64,000 nucleotides of DNA. Source: Lytechinus pictus. Taxonomy: Eukaryota. The DNA lies in the NCBI RefSeq assembly GCF_037042905.1, contig NC_087254.1:24614001-24678000 (forward strand), written 5' to 3'. Position 1 is the stretch's first letter; each line of letters starts with the position of its first letter. Positions 60,091 to 64,000 of the stretch are shown here, in pieces. The notes under the pieces were generated by a model that saw only the letters and a program-made list of their open reading frames with translations, did not search any database and was not told where the DNA came from. A program made the translations under genes and the position numbers.

Positions 60091-63000
60091 ATGGTGAGTT
60101 CACTGATTATTCTCCCATAATTTTGTGGTTACTTTTTCTTCGATTATGCATATTAGGTTACATAAATCCCTGTACACGTATGTACATAATTCACATAAAT
60201 GATGTCGAATTTATGCACTCATAATGAATTTTAACAATTATAAAGTATAATACTGATAGAGTGATAGAGGGCATTTGCGATATTTTCTGGCATCTAATCT
60301 ATTAATGTTTGATTTGATTAAAATAGAAATGAGATAAGAATTCATTACGTAAAGTATAAATATCTAGTTTATCGATTTCAAAAGCAAATTCATATTTTTG
60401 TCCCAGCATTTAACTCTTTAGAAAATAATATATATGCTAATAAAAAGATGATCAACAACGAACGTAGAGGGCGTCAAAATTACCAAGGCTGAAAAATGCC
60501 AATTGTAAATTTTAACGGCTAAAAACACATTCAGTGACTTTTGTTCTTTTGTAATATTTGATTGTTGCATGATGTTTGAGTCCAGTTTACATGGCTGATT
60601 CTTTACCAAATCCTTAAACGGGCATCAAAGACACAGACTGTACCCAAAAGTGGAATTGACACATATTAAAATACCTGTACCAATTACCAAACGAAAGCTT
60701 AAAAACTGCTTAACACCGCTCTACAAGCTTTATGCATTTTTGTCTCACCTGCATAGCAGAGTGAGACTATAGGCGCCGCTTTTCCGACGGCGACGGCGGC
60801 GGCGGCGTCAACACCAAATCTTAACCTGAGGTTAAGTTTTTGAAATGACAGCATAACTTAGAAAGTATATGGACCTAGTTCATGAAACTTGGCCATAAGG
60901 TTAATCAAGTATTACTGAACATCCTGCCTGAGTTTCATGTCACATGACCAAGGTCAAAGGTCATTTAGGGTCAATGAACTTAGACCATGTTGGGGGAATC
61001 AACATCAAAATCTTAACCTAAGGTTAAGTTTTTGAAATGTCATCATAACTTAGAAAATATATGGACCTAGTTCATGAAACTTATACATAAGGTTAATCAA
61101 GTATCACTGAACATCCTGCATGAGTTTCACATCACATGACCAAGGTCAAAGGTCATTTAGGGTCAATGAACTTTGGCCGAATTGGGGGTATCTGTTGAAT
61201 TACCATCATAACTTTGAAAGTTTATGGATCTGATTCATGAAACTTGGACATAATAGTAATCAAGTATTACTGAACATCCTGTGCAAGTTTCAGGTCACAT
61301 GATCAAGGTCAAAGGTCATTTAGGGTCAATGAACTTTGGCCAAATTGGGGTATTTGTTGAATTACAGCCATAAATTTGAAAGTGTGTTGGTCTAGTTCAT
61401 AAAACTTGGACATAATAGTAATCAAGTATCACTGAACATCCTGTGCGAGTTTCAGGTCACATGATCAAGGTCAAAGGTCATGTAAGGTCAAAGAACTTTG
61501 GCCACGTTGGGGGTATTTGTTGAATTGCCATCATATCTCTATAAGTGTATTGGTCTAGTTCATAAAACGTGAAAATAAGAGTAACCAAGTATCACTGAAC
61601 ATCTTGTGCGAGTTATAGTAGTTTTCAAAATCAGCACTGCTGCTATATTGAATCGCGTGATGCAGGTGAGACGGCCAGAGGCATTCCACTTGTTACCTCT
61701 TACCATCTGTTTTTGCCTAAGAATAGCTCCAATTATCGGGTTTCGAAAATAGGTTTTCTTGTGCTTTGCACCGGTCCCAAGACCATGACGTCATGTTGTG
61801 ATTCCGTAGGTTTGTGCACAGAAAAAGTTGGCGTCTTTTTTTTTCCTTCTTTTTTTTTGGCTTTTCAGATTCCGCGTTTTATTTTCTTTACTTCTATCAG
61901 ATAAAGATATCATGAATATCTTTTCTTTGAACTGATTAGATCTATAGCCTTGGAATACTTTCTACCATATTTTTTATCCCGCTCACATGGCGCAGCTTTC
62001 CAATTCAAACCGCATTCAGATTTTGTGTAACAACTTTTCCAGGCATAGCAATTTGGGCCCAATAAGAGCCAAGCAAAGAAATCGCCAAGAAAAAAAGAAT
62101 AATCACTGAATGTGCCGCTTTCCTCTAAAATTTGATTTAAAAACATCTAATTTATGATCTACATATCCAAATATTTAGAAGCTCGATAAGGCCTACTGTC
62201 GAAACCCGTTAATTTGTATTTTTCTTACACTTTTATTTAGCTTGTATATTCCCTATTTGTCAATTTCACTTTTAGCTTCAGTCTGGGTCTTTAGATAATT
62301 TGTAATATTCGGTAATTTGGAGAGAATTCTGTCAATGAATTAACCAATCTACTAACAAGGCTAGCTTCACGTGATCACAGTCACATGGCCTTGGCAAGCG
62401 GGGTACTGAGGATGCTGAAGCACCACCAAATTTTTGTTGGGGATGCTGCGTGTAATATTTCCCCATAGGGTGCACCCAAGGTATTTGGAAGGTGCTATAA
62501 GGGGGAAAATGTAACCAAAATGACCTTCATTTTATAGTTAAACCCTTTATTTTATTGTTTTGCTTTTCAAATTAACATCAGCACCCCCAGTAACAAAATT
62601 GTTCCCAGTGCCCTGCATAGCTGCATAGCCAAGCTCAGTTTTGTGACCTACTAATTGAGGGTTGTGAGAATTAGCAAAAGAATACTGTCACTATCACCGT
62701 GATCAGACTATCCCCCGCTTACCGAGACATCCTCCGGAAAACTCAGTATGAACGCTCGAGAGAAAAATCCACCGTCTCCTGTTTTCTTTCCCCGGGATTT
62801 TAGAAAGATAGGCGACCAGGGAGATATGTCCCGGTAAGCGGGAAATAGTCTGAACACTGCTTTTTTTCTTTTCATAAGATCCACAGGACGACAACAATGC
62901 GTCCATTAGCGAAGGTATTAACAGTTGGCCAAGTGCATTGTAAAAGCAACGTCTCAAAATGCTTTCAATGAGAACAGAAAGGCTATTAGCTCTATAACAA

Positions 63001-63913
63001 AGATAACGGATTCAGATGTCAAACTTTGATTTAAAAAACCCGCGCTGTTTGGACATAAGGTATCGTGACATGGCCGGTTTAACAACTGATCTGTATATGC
63101 CTATATATGTACAGAAACGCTAAACACGTTTATGTGCGGCCGGTACTGGTCTAAGCGATATCTGTATCCTGCTATCTCCATGATATCTGGAATGCTTACG
63201 TAATTTCTTGCTTTGAAATCTCAATTGAATATCAGTATCATTGTTCACTTTGAACGCACAAGAAAATGCATGTGTTTTTGTATTGTGTTTGCTTTTATTG
63301 TTGGTTGTATACCAATATCAACTATTTAATTTGATATAATACAAATGATGTTATCATTTGCCTCTACCATTGATTTTGCGTTTCAAGGACACACCAGCAA
63401 TAATCATCGCCAGCCTGATCTGTCTCCGTAAGTTAATTTTCATTCAGGTTGTTCTTATTTGAATGATAGCGTTTTAGATATTGATAAAGCAGTGAGTGCA
63501 TTATGAGGCTGAATGCTTAATTAAGCTTACGCGAATATTCCCTATCAATACTTTGAAAATTAATTATAATTACAATCTATGAGTTCCATGCGGCTTTTAA
63601 AACAGCCATGTGAACATGGTGAAGAATTCCATGTTTTTGGTATTATTATTACTGGAAGATGCTAGGAATCGACTCATAAACAGATATTTTTATCTTTTTG
63701 TGGTAGAAAAGAAAATGCGAAATTTAAAAGAAAGCTAAAATATCTGACTTAAGTTCGATCTATACCAGTGACTGTGTGAAAGATAATAGGTGTGATCGAA
63801 TTTATGTCGATTTTTTTTTTACCTTGAAGTATTTGGATTATCGGTATCTGGAATGTCAGAAATCACGTGTTACGATGGTGAGACTGGAGGACGTCGAAAA
63901 TGTCAATTTTCAG
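60091..63913 (+). CDS. Gene D (5' part): probable fourth paralog, continuing beyond the window. join(60091..60093,63388..63427,63830..63913)
   Basis: ATG|gtgagt, then a phase 0-1 signal exon DTPAIIIASLICL, then a phase 1-1 exon LFGLSVSGMSEITCYDGETGGRRKCQFS that matches gene B ALSVTDATGSSVSCSYETSGRRKCKFS. Upstream non-coding exon part from 60023. Confidence 0.72.
60741..61694 (+). mobile_element. HINE/Helentron-associated (pearl/Tsp-like) element with a ~162-bp tandem array
   Basis: T-run insertion site. subTIRs GTCTCACCTGCA ... TGCAGGTGAGAC. (GGC)n microsatellite. Core AGGTCAAAGGTCAT recurs at ~60951, 61143, 61305 and 61468. Confidence 0.75.
62384..62615. mobile_element. hAT-type MITE, same family as 2033-2325
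   Basis: Shared termini and internal GCACCCCC motifs. Confidence 0.55.
62703..62853. repeat. Inverted repeat with ~33-bp arms in intron of gene D
   Basis: TCAGACTATCCCCCGCTTACCGAGACAT vs ATGTCCCGGTAAGCGGGAAATAGTCTGA. Confidence 0.6.
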
Positions 63914-64000
63914 GTGAGAAATTATTATTGCTTTCCTTCAAGCTTTGCACTTCCGTGGTGAAGTCGAGCTTTTGATATAATAAACGTATGTTTTAACTTC

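Overview
AT-rich, intron-rich invertebrate DNA. The repeat content (Gmr1-type LTR element, CR1-group LINE, tRNA-SINEs, many MITEs, HINE-like elements) suggests an echinoderm such as a sea urchin; this is inference. Splicing GT-AG exons by hand gives a cluster of four paralogous genes for predicted secreted proteins, which the ORF track shows only as fragments: A (+, 12807-21403, 437 aa), B (-, 23812-40249, 390 aa), C (+, 41642-55594, 551 aa) and the 5' part of D (+, 60091 to >63913). A, B and C each have a signal peptide, a small Cys-containing N-terminal module, a Ser/Thr-rich mucin-like stalk and a terminal divergent YWTD/LDLR-class-B beta-propeller; C also has one EGF domain. None has a transmembrane helix or LDLa repeats. 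B and D share the mini-exon motif C-x3/4-ET[SG]GRRKC-x-FS. The left end holds the first coding exon of a probable UPF0764/C16orf89-like gene (-). Intronic mobile DNA includes a near-intact Gmr1-like retrotransposon (PR-INT-RT-RH order, tRNA-Pro PBS, near-identical LTRs, no TSD), a degraded CR1-group LINE, Penelope remnants with minimal hammerhead-ribozyme cores in (TA)n tracts, and a Harbinger deletion derivative. All models were built by eye; no database search was run.
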